Shown here piece by piece: positions 9,282 through 18,686 of a DNA stretch of 64,000 nt (position 1 is its first letter; every line of letters starts with the position of its first letter). Below the pieces are notes generated by a model. It had not been told where the DNA came from. It did not search any database and saw nothing but the letters and a program-made list of their open reading frames with translations. Position numbers and translations under genes: made by a program. This stretch comes from Patescibacteria group bacterium (GTDB lineage Bacteria > Patescibacteriota > Microgenomatia > UBA8517): positions 66,896 through 130,895 of the forward strand of contig JBBRBD010000002.1 in NCBI GenBank assembly GCA_038206135.1, written 5' to 3'.

Positions 9282-9661
9282 ATAAAATCTGTAGTATCGT
9301 TTTCTGCTTCTTCTTTCGTTTTATGAATAGTTCCATCTTTGTGGTGTGGAGGAGCATACACTGTGTACAGCTTTAACGGGTTATCAGAAGAGGTGTTTAT
9401 CAAATTGTGTTTGGCTCCAGCCGGAACGACTATCGAAACTCCATCTGAAACAACATGTTCTTCACCATTTATAATTACTTTTCCTTCTCCCTTTTCTACT
9501 CGCAAGAATTGGTCTACTATTGCATGAACTTCCTCACCAATGTCTTCATTTGGTAATAAACTCATCAAAACCAATTGTTCATGCTGTCCGGTAAACAATA
9601 CCTTACGGAAGTACTCATTTTTAAGCGTAAGCTCTTCGATGTTGTCTACATATCCAATCAT
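9278..9661 (-). CDS. Cupin domain protein
   Basis: 127 aa with a beta-barrel motif G.EH.V..G.S..VPAG..H (INGEEHVVSDGVSIVVPAGAKHNL). Confidence 0.6.
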   Translation of the reverse strand: MIGYVDNIEELTLKNEYFRKVLFTGQHEQLVLMSLLPNEDIGEEVHAIVDQFLRVEKGEGKVIINGEEHVVSDGVSIVVPAGAKHNLINTSSDNPLKLYTVYAPPHHKDGTIHKTKEEAENDTTDFI

Positions 9662-9665
9662 ATAT

Positions 9666-10250
9666 TTATTTAGTTACCGGTGAGCCCATGAAAGGCCATA
9701 CCAATACATCAGTTATATCAGAGTTAGTACATACTTGCATGAGTAACGCATTCCCATCTTGACTCACAAAGTTCACCACATCAGATTCTGAGATTGGATA
9801 AGTGATAGTAAACACATTTTGAACAACACCTCTGGAGCATTGTGGTCCGTTGGGATACTTGATCTGAGAATATATTGTGTCTCCTGGTTGCAAGGTTATA
9901 AATTGGTGAGGACTCAAAGAATCAGGAGTTACTTTTACGTTACTATCACTTTTTGCAAATGACACCGCAACAATTTTATTGCCATATACCTGGCAGATTT
10001 TAGTTGAGAGATTTTTCATAGTAAGTGTTGCATATATCGAACCCGCTGCGCCTTCAGTCGAAACAGTAGACTCTAATTGGTCGGGTGTGCAATAAGAAAT
10101 GGCATCGGATGCAGCTGCAGAAGGTGAATTAAGTATTGGAGGGGATTGAGTGTTTCTTTTATTAGTACTTACAGCTAAAACGAGTACAATAGCGAGGAAA
10201 ATAAATAAAAGAATAAAGTTTCGTTTCATTAATTTAGTTTGCTTCGTCAA
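9666..10250 (-). CDS. Secreted or membrane-anchored hypothetical protein
   Basis: 194 aa with N-terminal TM/signal (FILLFIFLAIVLVLAV). The start may be the internal Met at 10229. Confidence 0.5.
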   Translation of the reverse strand: MTKQTKLMKRNFILLFIFLAIVLVLAVSTNKRNTQSPPILNSPSAAASDAISYCTPDQLESTVSTEGAAGSIYATLTMKNLSTKICQVYGNKIVAVSFAKSDSNVKVTPDSLSPHQFITLQPGDTIYSQIKYPNGPQCSRGVVQNVFTITYPISESDVVNFVSQDGNALLMQVCTNSDITDVLVWPFMGSPVTK

Positions 10251-10674
10251 AAGCTTTTTGTAGATCTGAAATTATCATCTTTTTCATTTTGAGCATAGCA
10301 TCCATAACCGCTTTGGATTTTGAGGGGATTGGACTTGAAACTAGTTCCATAAACTGTTTTGGAATAATTTGCCAGCTCAACCCATACTTATCCTTGCACC
10401 AACCACATTGTTCAAATTCAGGTACTGCCGAAAGTTGGTTCCAATACCGGTCAACTTCTTCTTGGTTCTCACAACTCACAAAAAGTGAAATCGATTCATT
10501 GAATTTAAACTGCGGACCACCATTTAATGCCATATATTCTCGGCCATCGAGTACAAAGTTCACCATCATCGGAGTTGCATTGGTGACTTTTGAGTTTGGA
10601 AAGATAGAAACATAAAAATTTGCTGCTTCTTCAGCATCTTTTTCAAACCAAAGAAAAGGAGTTATCTTTTGCAT
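10234..10674 (-). CDS. PhnB-like / 3-demethylubiquinone-9 3-methyltransferase-domain (VOC superfamily) protein
   Basis: MQKITPFLWF...YGLSWQI is the canonical start and signature of this family. The ORF track's 93-aa N-terminal extension (to 10953) overlaps an SD-preceded small gene on the opposite strand and is rejected. Confidence 0.7.
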   Translation of the reverse strand: MQKITPFLWFEKDAEEAANFYVSIFPNSKVTNATPMMVNFVLDGREYMALNGGPQFKFNESISLFVSCENQEEVDRYWNQLSAVPEFEQCGWCKDKYGLSWQIIPKQFMELVSSPIPSKSKAVMDAMLKMKKMIISDLQKAFDEAN

Positions 10675-10782
10675 ACCCCTTATTATGAATGAGTGTGTCA
10701 AATATAACAATATTACTGAATTGGTGAACGATATCTTTAGAATGGTAAACTTACATTCGAATTTACCAATAAGGAGCATAAC

Positions 10783-10941
10783 ATGAAGGCGTTTTTCATT
10801 CACATGGTCTGTGTTGTTAGTTTCAAAACAATTCACCTGCAATGTGTTAAGAATGAGGAAGGCATTCGCTGTATACACTGTGGATACTTTGTAGATAAAT
10901 ATTCTGCTCAGGCAGATATGCATGCAGGGGGAGGTTGGTAA
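10783..10941 (+). CDS. Small Cys-rich (zinc-binding?) protein, 52 aa. Not in the ORF track.
   Basis: AAGGAG SD 7 nt upstream of the ATG. ORF MKAFFIHMVCVVSFKTIHLQCVKNEEGIRCIHCGYFVDKYSAQADMHAGGGW with C-x8-C-x2-C. A rho-independent terminator follows at 10953-10980. Confidence 0.4.
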   Translation: MKAFFIHMVCVVSFKTIHLQCVKNEEGIRCIHCGYFVDKYSAQADMHAGGGW

Positions 10942-10952
10942 AAAATCAGACA

Positions 10953-10980
10953 AGGGCTAGAAATACCTAGCCCTGTTTTT
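10953..10980 (+). terminator. Rho-independent terminator
   Basis: agggctag-aaatac-ctagccct followed by gttttt. Confidence 0.6.
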
Positions 10981-11012
10981 GTGCGTCAAAAGTAAATGCT
11001 ATAATAATTCGT

Positions 11013-11267
11013 ATGTCGATGTATCAAGTAAAGAAAAAAGATGGAACTATTGGCAGGTTTGACCGCTTCGGCGCATTAAGTAATGCCATGCGTGCTGGAG
11101 CCACTGCAGAAGAGGCAGAGAAGGCAACCCAAAAAGTTGAAAATTATATTTTCTCAGCTTCTTCAAAAGGACCAGTCGAACACACGAAAGTTCGAGATCA
11201 AATGATAAAAGCATTGGGGTCTGTCAATCAGATGGCAGCCAGAACGTACAGTATATTTCAAAAGTAA
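11013..11267 (+). CDS. Hypothetical small protein
   Basis: 84 aa ORF, no recognisable motif. Confidence 0.4.
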   Translation: MSMYQVKKKDGTIGRFDRFGALSNAMRAGATAEEAEKATQKVENYIFSASSKGPVEHTKVRDQMIKALGSVNQMAARTYSIFQK

Positions 11268-11312
11268 CAAAGAAAATAAAGTTGTCTGCTTCAGCCATAA
11301 ATGTAGAACCTC

Positions 11313-12083
11313 TTAATTTTTACTTTCTTTAAATAACTTATAAAAATCAAAAGTCTTCTCTATTAAAAGAACACAGACTAACCATCCGAGTCCTGCAATA
11401 TAGCCTCCAATTATGTCAGTAGGATAATGCACTCCCAGATAAATTCTGCTAATTCCGATGAAAAATACAATGGCGAGTGCAATTATAACTGCTCGGTTTG
11501 TATACTTTCTACTAAATGAGAAATGATGAGTAAAGTGTGCCAGTAATGCATAAAAAACGAACGAATTCATTGCATGACCAGATGGGAAGCTATAGTCCGT
11601 TAATAATAGCAGTGGGTCAAAAATTGGCCGAGGACGACCAATAACTTCTTTTAAAAGTATATTAAGCATTACTCCGGTCATAATAGTAAATAAAAATAAA
11701 AAAGCTTCTCGCTTGTGACGTTTGAAAAGAAGAAAAATTGTGCCAATTGCGGTAATAAGGACAGTAAACTGTTCCCCTAAAAACGAGAAAAAAATCATAA
11801 TTTGAGTAAGAAATGGAGTACGTAGAGAATACAAGAAAAATGAGACATTTTTGTCAAATGCCAATAATTCACTTTCGAAAATTTCATTACGAAGTTTTAT
11901 TAACAAAACAATCATTGCACTACTAACCGCTAATCCAATTACTAATTCAAGAAAGAGTATAGAAATAGGGTTTTGTTTTTTTAGATAGAGAGAAACCTTG
12001 CTATTTAAATTTTTTATTAGTTTCATACATATAGTATATAGGAGCTTTTTGCTGGTCAAAATAGAGAACTGCCTAGTATTCAC
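11313..12083 (-). CDS. PAP2 family phosphatase (phosphatidic-acid / undecaprenyl-PP phosphatase type 2)
   Basis: KEVIGRPRP, SFPSGHA and SRIYLGVHYPTD motifs. Multiple TM helices. The start may be the internal Met at 12026. Confidence 0.8.
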   Translation of the reverse strand: MNTRQFSILTSKKLLYTICMKLIKNLNSKVSLYLKKQNPISILFLELVIGLAVSSAMIVLLIKLRNEIFESELLAFDKNVSFFLYSLRTPFLTQIMIFFSFLGEQFTVLITAIGTIFLLFKRHKREAFLFLFTIMTGVMLNILLKEVIGRPRPIFDPLLLLTDYSFPSGHAMNSFVFYALLAHFTHHFSFSRKYTNRAVIIALAIVFFIGISRIYLGVHYPTDIIGGYIAGLGWLVCVLLIEKTFDFYKLFKESKN

Positions 12084-12211
12084 TGACGTGTAAACATCTC
12101 AAAAAAGCAACAAAATCAATGTTTTTTGCAAAATCAAATTGGGAGGAATATAATAATCTCTCCCGTAACTTCACGGATTACAAGCGAAGCTCCGGTTTTT
12201 AAGATAGAACA

Positions 12212-13552
12212 ATGATACAACGAAGAATCAATGAACAGGCTATTATGTTTTATAGTGTCTTTAAATGGACTATTTTAGCTGTGATCGTTGGAGTTGTTGT
12301 TGGATTTGCAACGTTTTTGTTTCTCTCAATACTCGAATTAGCTATAACAACCACAGCACAATTTCCGCTCTTTTATTTGGCCGCACCGCTTGCTTTTTTT
12401 GGCAGCGCTGCATTGATAAAATATTTAGCTCCTCAGGCTGAGGGGCATGGCACGGAGAAAGTTATTGAAGCTGTGCACAAAAACTGGGGGAAAATAGATC
12501 CAATAGTTGTCCCTGTTAAGCTTGTTGCCACAATAATTACCATTGCATTTGGTGGTTCTGTCGGAAAGGAAGGTCCATGCGCTCAAATTGGGAGTGGCCT
12601 CGCATCGATCTGTGCAGATGTTTTAAAGCTAAACAAGTTTGATAGAAGAAAGCTCGTAATCTGTGGAATAAGTGCAGGTTTTGCAGCTATTTTTGGTACA
12701 CCAATTGGAGGAGCGATCTTTGGCATTGAAGTCTTGTTTGTTGGACGAATGTTATACGATTTATTATTACCTTCACTTATTGCAGGAATTGTAAGTTTTG
12801 AAGTGTCTTCACATTTGGGAATGGTGCCACTCCGCATTCCAATTGCTTACACAATGCAGAATAGTGACTTTGGGTATTTGTTTTTGGCAGGACTGTTTTT
12901 TGGCCTCGTTGCACTTTTCATGATTATTATTCTTGAGGTAATAGAAGAAAAGGCAAAGCACATAAAAATGTGGAAGCCATTGAAGGGAATTATCGGTGGA
13001 ATAATAATTATTGCATTGGTACAAATCTTTGGGACAAAATTTTTAGGGTTAGGATTAGACTCGATGAAAGATACTCTTATGGGTGCACAAGCCATGTGGA
13101 TTGACCCACTTGCAAAAGTACTCTATAGCGCGGTAACACTTGGATTTGGAGGGAGCGGTGGGATATTAGCACCAGTATTCTTTGTCGGAGCTTCTGCCGG
13201 TAGTGTCTTTGCCGGTCTATTTCATTTGAATTTGCAGTTTTTTGCAGCACTTGGAATGCTTGCAGTTTTGGCCGCGACAACAAACACCCCGATTGCATGC
13301 ATCGTGATGTCAGCAGAGATCTTTGGGCCAAACGTATTGCTTCCGGCCGCAATTACTTGTGCCATTGCATACTTAATAAATGGACACAATAGTCTGTACC
13401 CTTCACAAATTCTGGCATTTAAAAAATCAAATTTGATTGATGTGAATGAGGGGGAAGAGATGCGAAAGATTGAAACAAAGATGACCCCTCTCCTTGAACC
13501 CATCAATAGAAGGCTCTCTGTGGTGAAGTCATTTACACACTTCTTTTTCTAA
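12212..13552 (+). CDS. CLC family chloride channel / H+-Cl- antiporter
   Basis: GKEGP selectivity motif (GGSVGKEGPCAQIGSG), GILAP third motif, about 10 TM helices. Confidence 0.85.
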   Translation: MIQRRINEQAIMFYSVFKWTILAVIVGVVVGFATFLFLSILELAITTTAQFPLFYLAAPLAFFGSAALIKYLAPQAEGHGTEKVIEAVHKNWGKIDPIVVPVKLVATIITIAFGGSVGKEGPCAQIGSGLASICADVLKLNKFDRRKLVICGISAGFAAIFGTPIGGAIFGIEVLFVGRMLYDLLLPSLIAGIVSFEVSSHLGMVPLRIPIAYTMQNSDFGYLFLAGLFFGLVALFMIIILEVIEEKAKHIKMWKPLKGIIGGIIIIALVQIFGTKFLGLGLDSMKDTLMGAQAMWIDPLAKVLYSAVTLGFGGSGGILAPVFFVGASAGSVFAGLFHLNLQFFAALGMLAVLAATTNTPIACIVMSAEIFGPNVLLPAAITCAIAYLINGHNSLYPSQILAFKKSNLIDVNEGEEMRKIETKMTPLLEPINRRLSVVKSFTHFFF

Positions 13553-13862
13553 GGAAACTGCGATGTTTCTCACCCCAATTATCGAGTGACTTTAACACTA
13601 TCCCGAGTGACTTTCCGTGTTTTGTAATTGAGTATTCAACCTTTGGGGGAATGACTGAATAGACAGTTCGTCGGACTAACGCTTCCTTCTCAAGTTCTTT
13701 TAAAGATTGAGAAAGCATTTTTTGATTTATACCCGGGATTTGCTTTTCAATTTCACTGAAGCGTAATGTTTTTTGTTCTAAATGCCACAATATAATGAGT
13801 TTCCATTTTCCACCAATAGTGGATACTGTTTTCTCGAGCTCACAGGTCATTACTTTTTTCAT
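13533..13862 (-). CDS. HxlR family transcriptional regulator
   Basis: 109 aa winged helix: W..IL..L......F.E..K...GI..K.L...L..LE..GLV.R. Confidence 0.75.
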   Translation of the reverse strand: MKKVMTCELEKTVSTIGGKWKLIILWHLEQKTLRFSEIEKQIPGINQKMLSQSLKELEKEALVRRTVYSVIPPKVEYSITKHGKSLGIVLKSLDNWGEKHRSFLRKRSV

Positions 13863-13922
13863 AGTAGGTTTCTTTTTAGTGGGTACTTGCTAAAAGAGCC
13901 ATACCACAATAATATATTGTAT

Positions 13923-14540
13923 ATGCAGTTTTCAGATCTCGCAAATAAAGATGTTTTAGAAAAAACGACGAAAGCACTTCAGGAGAAAAAATATGAAGTT
14001 CATGTAGTTTTAAATAAAGAAGAAGCGCTTGAAACAATAAAAAAGATAATTCCAGAAGGAGCGTCGGTTATGAATGGTGCTTCAGTAACACTTGAGCAAG
14101 TTGGATTTGTAGATTATCTAAAGAGTGAAGAACACAAATGGAATAATTTGCATGCTGCAATTGTTGCAGAGACTGACCCAATCAAACAGCGAAAACTACG
14201 AGAACAGTCTTCACTCTCAGATTTTTATTTAGGGAGTGTACATGCGCTCGTCGAAGATGGTCAGTTTATCGTTGCCAGTAACACGGGGAGCCAACTTCCA
14301 CACATTGTTTACAACGCACAAAACTTAATTTTCGTCGTAAGTACTAAAAAGATTGTTAATTCACTAGACATGGCGATGAAACGCCTTGACGAGTATATTA
14401 TGCCGCTTGAAGATAAGCACATGCAGGAAAAATATGGAGTTAATACACAGCTTAATAAAATAGTCATTTTCAAAGGGGAAAGCAGCTTTAGCACTCGTAA
14501 AATTCATTTTCTTCTTATCGAGGAAGACTTGGGATTTTGA
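13923..14540 (+). CDS. LUD domain (LutC/YkgG-like) protein
   Basis: C-terminal region matches LUD_dom. Start moved to the ATG at 13923; the track's 13782 start would overlap the HxlR gene. Confidence 0.55.
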   Translation: MQFSDLANKDVLEKTTKALQEKKYEVHVVLNKEEALETIKKIIPEGASVMNGASVTLEQVGFVDYLKSEEHKWNNLHAAIVAETDPIKQRKLREQSSLSDFYLGSVHALVEDGQFIVASNTGSQLPHIVYNAQNLIFVVSTKKIVNSLDMAMKRLDEYIMPLEDKHMQEKYGVNTQLNKIVIFKGESSFSTRKIHFLLIEEDLGF

Positions 14541-14551
14541 TATTCTCAGTG

Positions 14552-14560
14552 TGATACAAT
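14552..14560 (+). promoter_or_regulatory. Extended -10 promoter (TGaTACAAT), leaderless configuration
   Basis: gtGATACAATatttttATG, 6 nt before the ATG at 14567. Confidence 0.4.
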
Positions 14561-14566
14561 ATTTTT

Positions 14567-14923
14567 ATGCTTTCACTTAACTCCTTAATGGTTGGTACTT
14601 CAGATATTAAAACAATGGCTGATTTTTATGAAAAAATGTTTGACCGAAAAGCTGATATGATTGACGACAATTTCTTTGGGTGGACCGTTGGAAAAACCTT
14701 TTTTGGAGTGAGTGCTCATTCTGAAGTAAAAGGAAAGTCATCAGAGCCGCAAAGAATCATGTTCAACTTTGAGACAGCAGAAGTTAAAGAGGAGTTTTTA
14801 CGAATGAAAGAAGCTGGCGCTATTGTTGTAAAAGAGCCTTATGAAATGGGTGAAGCATGGATTGCAACTCTTGAAGACCCCGATGGAAATTATTTTCAAT
14901 TGATGACTCCTTGGGAAGGGTAA
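14567..14923 (+). CDS. VOC/glyoxalase-like domain protein
   Basis: 118 aa with a paired beta-alpha-beta-beta-beta pattern and C-terminal LEDPDGNYFQL, typical of glyoxalase / bleomycin-resistance folds. Leaderless-type TGTGATACAAT promoter directly upstream. Confidence 0.55.
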   Translation: MLSLNSLMVGTSDIKTMADFYEKMFDRKADMIDDNFFGWTVGKTFFGVSAHSEVKGKSSEPQRIMFNFETAEVKEEFLRMKEAGAIVVKEPYEMGEAWIATLEDPDGNYFQLMTPWEG

Positions 14924-14930
14924 ATACATA

Positions 14931-15335
14931 ATGTTTAAAGGCTTCAAACAATTTATTTTAAAAGGAAATGTCGTTGATCTCGCAGTTGGTGTGGTTATTG
15001 GTGCTTCGTTTGGCGCAGTAGTTACCTCATTTGTAAAAGATGTTATAAACCCACTTGTTGCAACGGTCGGTGGAAATCATGATTTTTCTTCGATATATTT
15101 TACGCTAAACGGCAATCAGTTTTTTATTGGTAATTTCATTAATGCACTCATTTCGTTTTTGATAAACGCCACTGTAATTTACTTTTTTGTCATTGTTCCG
15201 ATGAACAGGCTCGTCTCTGCTGCAAATAAAAAAGAGAAGCCAATTGATCCGACAACAAAGAAATGCCCATTCTGTGTGAGTGTTATTGCAATTTCAGCAA
15301 CCCGATGTCCATTTTGCACTTCGAAGCTTGCTTAA
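14931..15335 (+). CDS. mscL: Large-conductance mechanosensitive channel MscL with a C-terminal CxxC-x10-CxxC zinc-ribbon tail
   Basis: MFKGFKQFILKGNVVDLAVGVVIGASFG... is the canonical MscL TM1. The C-terminus reads KKCPFCVSVIAISATRCPFC. Confidence 0.85.
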   Translation: MFKGFKQFILKGNVVDLAVGVVIGASFGAVVTSFVKDVINPLVATVGGNHDFSSIYFTLNGNQFFIGNFINALISFLINATVIYFFVIVPMNRLVSAANKKEKPIDPTTKKCPFCVSVIAISATRCPFCTSKLA

Positions 15336-15338
15336 ATC

Positions 15339-16109
15339 TTATCTGAGAAAGAAGAGGACTGCTCCTGCTACAATTCTGTACCAACCAAAACTTGTGAGGT
15401 CATTGTGTTGTAAGTAGTGAATAAACCATTTAACTACAAAAATGGCACTAATAAAAGAGAATATAAATCCTGTCAAAAGAAGCGGGATGTTTTGTGTATT
15501 TTGAAATAATATAGCGCGAGACTTAAAGAGATCAAGAACCGAAGCTGCCAAGAGAGTGGGTACGGCAAGCAAAAATGAATATTTGGCGGCTTCCACTCTT
15601 TTTACTTTAAAAAACATTAAAGAAATCATAACAGCACCAGCTCTAGAAACGCCTGGAAAAATTGCAATTGCTTGTGCTACTCCCACTAAAGCAGCTTCAG
15701 TGAGCGTTAAGTGAGAACCATCTTTTTGCAGTTCTTTCTTTTGAATCCATCTTTCAAACAAGATGAAAAACATACCAACAACAACAAAAATAACTATTTG
15801 TAACAAAAAGTTATCAAAAAATGAGTTTTTAATTACTTTATAGAGGAGAAGCCCAATAATTGCAGTCGGTAGAAAAGAAACGATTAAATTTTTTATAAGC
15901 TTTGGCTCTTTAAAAACAGTTTGTACATACAAAACAACTACTGCCAAAATTGCTCCTGATTGAATAACTACTTCAAACAACTTTAAAAATTCGGTTTGAG
16001 AAAGCCCCATGAGCTTTGCAGTCCATATTAAGTGAAAAGTAGAGGATATTGGAAGAAATTCAGTAAGGCCTTCTATGACACCTAAAAACCCAGCCTGAAG
16101 AATATTCAT
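15339..16109 (-). CDS. uppP: Undecaprenyl-diphosphatase UppP (BacA)
   Basis: GVIEGLTEFLPISSTFHL and PGVSRAGA motifs. 8 TM helices. Confidence 0.85.
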   Translation of the reverse strand: MNILQAGFLGVIEGLTEFLPISSTFHLIWTAKLMGLSQTEFLKLFEVVIQSGAILAVVVLYVQTVFKEPKLIKNLIVSFLPTAIIGLLLYKVIKNSFFDNFLLQIVIFVVVGMFFILFERWIQKKELQKDGSHLTLTEAALVGVAQAIAIFPGVSRAGAVMISLMFFKVKRVEAAKYSFLLAVPTLLAASVLDLFKSRAILFQNTQNIPLLLTGFIFSFISAIFVVKWFIHYLQHNDLTSFGWYRIVAGAVLFFLR

Positions 16110-16125
16110 AGTATATGTTTATTTC

Positions 16126-16683
16126 TTAAAAAGCGTATCCTTTTGCTCCATGAACACCTTTCACCGCTGACATTTCTCCGGAAAGCATGTTTGTGTGAGC
16201 AATAATAAATGCGTAGAGCATATAGCAAACGGTCTTTTTGCCCCAAGCGCCTAAATCTACTTCCTTTTCTAAATCATCATTTTGCAAACCACTCAAATAC
16301 TCCTCAGTCTTTTTGTAAACAGCTTTTTCATATTCTCTAAAAAGGGGAAGGTCCACTTGAACTCGTTTAGCCCACGCTTCATGGGTTGTTTCCCAATTTG
16401 AATCCATTGCCGGCATTGGCTCACTAATTCCTAGTTTTTCTTTCCAGTCGCTTTCATACAAAGGACTTTTGCCTTGTAGAAACATCTGAATTGTCATGTC
16501 TTCAGAAAGTACTAAATGAGCCCAGAGCGCACCCAATGGAAGTGCTTTTCCACCTGGATCTTTGTGCATGTCCTCAGTGTTTATTGTTGAAGCAGTTCCT
16601 TCAAAAGATTCTCGGGCGTTTTGTAGTTGTTCTCGAAGAAGAGTAATGGCATCCATGTTACTTATTCTATACGAGCGAAGCAA
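16126..16683 (-). CDS. DinB/YfiT-like (DinB_2) putative metal-dependent hydrolase
   Basis: 185 aa all-alpha protein with spaced His residues (WAHLVLSED ... IIAHTNML), as in the DinB_2 family. Confidence 0.45.
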   Translation of the reverse strand: MLRSYRISNMDAITLLREQLQNARESFEGTASTINTEDMHKDPGGKALPLGALWAHLVLSEDMTIQMFLQGKSPLYESDWKEKLGISEPMPAMDSNWETTHEAWAKRVQVDLPLFREYEKAVYKKTEEYLSGLQNDDLEKEVDLGAWGKKTVCYMLYAFIIAHTNMLSGEMSAVKGVHGAKGYAF

Positions 16684-16689
16684 GTCAGT

Positions 16690-17295
16690 CTAGTTGCTTT
16701 TGTTTTTATATTTAAAACCCATATAGATAAGCACAATTCCAATTGTTAAAAACAAGGCAATTGTTGGTATGTCTTGTGTATAGCTTACTAAAGCCTGCCA
16801 ATTTGCGCCAAAAATATTTCCCAGTATTGTAAAAATACTTACCCATAAAAGCTCACCCACAGCCACAATAACGAGATAGGGAAGAAACGTGTATTTACTC
16901 ACTCCCGCTAAAATACTGATAGGGATTCCAAGTGGAGTGATAAGCCAGCGGGTGCTAAATATTGCCAATACACCCCATTTGTGTAAAAAATTATCCAAAG
17001 ATTTTAAATGATTTTCTTGCAGTCTAACTTTGTGTCCATGTTTTTGAAAAAATGCCATTCCAAGTTTTCGTCCGAGCAAATAAGCTACAACATCCCCAAG
17101 AATTGCGGTAGACGCGAGTATAAGAATAAGAAGAGGCAAATTAAGCCCGCCGTCTGAGGTCAAGGATCCTGCTGCTATGAGAATCACATCCTGTGGAATC
17201 GGAATTCCAGTATACCCAATTGCAACACCAATCGCCGCGACCGGGTACCCATAGGTGATAAGAAGGGTTAAAAGGGAGTTGAGTAACTGCGTCAT
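16690..17295 (-). CDS. DedA/SNARE-associated family membrane protein
   Basis: YGYPVAAIGVAIGYTGIPIPQDVILIAAG...FSTRWLITPLGIPI is the DedA core. Confidence 0.8.
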   Translation of the reverse strand: MTQLLNSLLTLLITYGYPVAAIGVAIGYTGIPIPQDVILIAAGSLTSDGGLNLPLLILILASTAILGDVVAYLLGRKLGMAFFQKHGHKVRLQENHLKSLDNFLHKWGVLAIFSTRWLITPLGIPISILAGVSKYTFLPYLVIVAVGELLWVSIFTILGNIFGANWQALVSYTQDIPTIALFLTIGIVLIYMGFKYKNKSN

Positions 17296-17666
17296 TGGGG
17301 GTGTTGTTCCTGCAATACGGTGGCTTGCAGAAGTTTAATTAGTTGCGTCGCTTCTTTGTGGTCAGCCCGGGCAATTGCCTCAATGCTATCGTTTGGTATA
17401 ACACTTGGATCATGTGAAATTGCGGCAAAAAGATCCTGCGCGGGAATTCTGTATACCCGAGAAACATAAGGAATGGTCATCCATGAAGCGATTCGCTCGA
17501 TTTTTACTTGTCTCGGGACAGGACGGGAAGTGTTTCGGATTTGAGAAACATTACTTCGAACAAGAATTATAGCGAGTCCTAAAAAAACAAGTCCAAAGCC
17601 TATGAATATCTGGCTCTTGTGTGTGTTCATACAGCACCATTCTATCAAACAGAGAAAGTGAAACAT
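17292..17666 (-). CDS. Hypothetical single-TM protein
   Basis: The true start is likely MNTHKSQIFIGFGLVFLGLAII at 17630. Confidence 0.4.
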   Translation of the reverse strand: MFHFLCLIEWCCMNTHKSQIFIGFGLVFLGLAIILVRSNVSQIRNTSRPVPRQVKIERIASWMTIPYVSRVYRIPAQDLFAAISHDPSVIPNDSIEAIARADHKEATQLIKLLQATVLQEQHPQ

Positions 17667-17703
17667 ATTTGACTAATAATTAGAGAAGAGGCATAAATAA
17701 TAG

Positions 17704-18096
17704 ATGACACTTCCGAAATCGTTGACTACCGTGACTCCTTTTAGTCGAGCACTTGCACTTTCAATGCTTGTCGTCTTTCCAATTCTTGGTTTTCTCTTGG
17801 GAGTTTCATATCAATCAAGTATGTCTTTTACGGGCGACTGCAACGTAGAACATTGTCAACAATCATCAAGATCAATGTTTCAGCATTATGCAGTTCGCGG
17901 AGGAGTATTTATGTTTGTTATTGTTTGCCTCTTAATAGTCGGGACTATCCTGAAAGGATTTGCATTGTGGAAAGCAGGAAAGAATAAACAATCAGGATGG
18001 TTTATTGCACTTTTCGTTATAAATTCGCTTGGAATTTTACCGCTCATTTATTTACTTTATTTCAAACCAAACCTGAAGGTAAAAAGGTCAAAATGA
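17704..18096 (+). CDS. Hypothetical membrane protein
   Basis: 130 aa with 3-4 TM helices. Confidence 0.45.
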   Translation: MTLPKSLTTVTPFSRALALSMLVVFPILGFLLGVSYQSSMSFTGDCNVEHCQQSSRSMFQHYAVRGGVFMFVIVCLLIVGTILKGFALWKAGKNKQSGWFIALFVINSLGILPLIYLLYFKPNLKVKRSK

Positions 18097-18632
18097 AAAC
18101 ACGAATATTCTTATTTGTTCCGCTTCTAATTATAATTACTGGTTTTTGTGGACTTGTAGCTGTCGTCATGCAGCAAAATTACCGATTAAATGCAAACGAT
18201 CCTCAAATTCAAACATCAGAAGATCTTGCCCTTTTGCTTTCTAACGGTGCAAAGCCTCAAGATGTTTTGCCAAAAAATTCAGTAGACATTGCGTATAGTT
18301 TATCTCCCTTTGTTATCATCTATGACACAAATGGAAAAGTAATGGCTTCAAATGCTTCTTTAAATGGAGAAGCAATTACTATTCCTAGTGGAGTAATTGC
18401 CTACACAAAAACGCATACCCAAGACAGAGTAACGTGGCAACCGACGAATGGAGTCAGAAGCGCGTTAGTTGTCACACAATATACTGGTGGTTTTGTTGCT
18501 GTTGGAAAATCGTTAAGAGAAGTTGAAACAAGAGAAGCTTCGGCTATGGAAATGGTTGCTTTTGTGTGGGGTTTGGCAGTTGTAAGCACTGGCGCGTTTC
18601 TTTTTGTAATACCTTTGGGGAAAGGGAAGTAA
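18093..18632 (+). CDS. Hypothetical secreted or membrane-anchored protein
   Basis: Starts MKTRIFLFVPLLIIITGFCGL, overlapping the previous stop. The track start at 17997 is rejected. Confidence 0.45.
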   Translation: MKTRIFLFVPLLIIITGFCGLVAVVMQQNYRLNANDPQIQTSEDLALLLSNGAKPQDVLPKNSVDIAYSLSPFVIIYDTNGKVMASNASLNGEAITIPSGVIAYTKTHTQDRVTWQPTNGVRSALVVTQYTGGFVAVGKSLREVETREASAMEMVAFVWGLAVVSTGAFLFVIPLGKGK

Positions 18633-18686
18633 TATTCTTTAGGTTGCTCTTCAAGCTACAGGTGTGATACAAATAAAGTCCGTCTC

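Noticed and set aside
10675-10953. 93-aa N-terminal extension of the PhnB-like ORF (track: 10234-10953)
   Set aside because: The family's canonical N-terminus, MQKITPFLWF, begins at 10674. The extension overlaps an SD- and terminator-flanked ORF on the other strand.
12084-12211. Possible fluoride (crcB) riboswitch upstream of the CLC gene
   Set aside because: No GGnGAUGG / CUGAUGAUUCCU-like core. The CLC has canonical GKEGP, i.e. Cl-/H+ type, not CLC-F.
13782-13922. ORF-track start of the LUD-domain gene at 13782
   Set aside because: Overlaps the HxlR gene on the other strand by 80 nt. The in-frame ATG at 13923 follows a clean gap.
18651-18672. TGtGATACAAAT extended -10-like element with no downstream start codon
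   Set aside because: No ORF or recognisable RNA follows before the terminator hairpin. Possibly a fortuitous match or an antisense/sRNA promoter. Cannot be supported.
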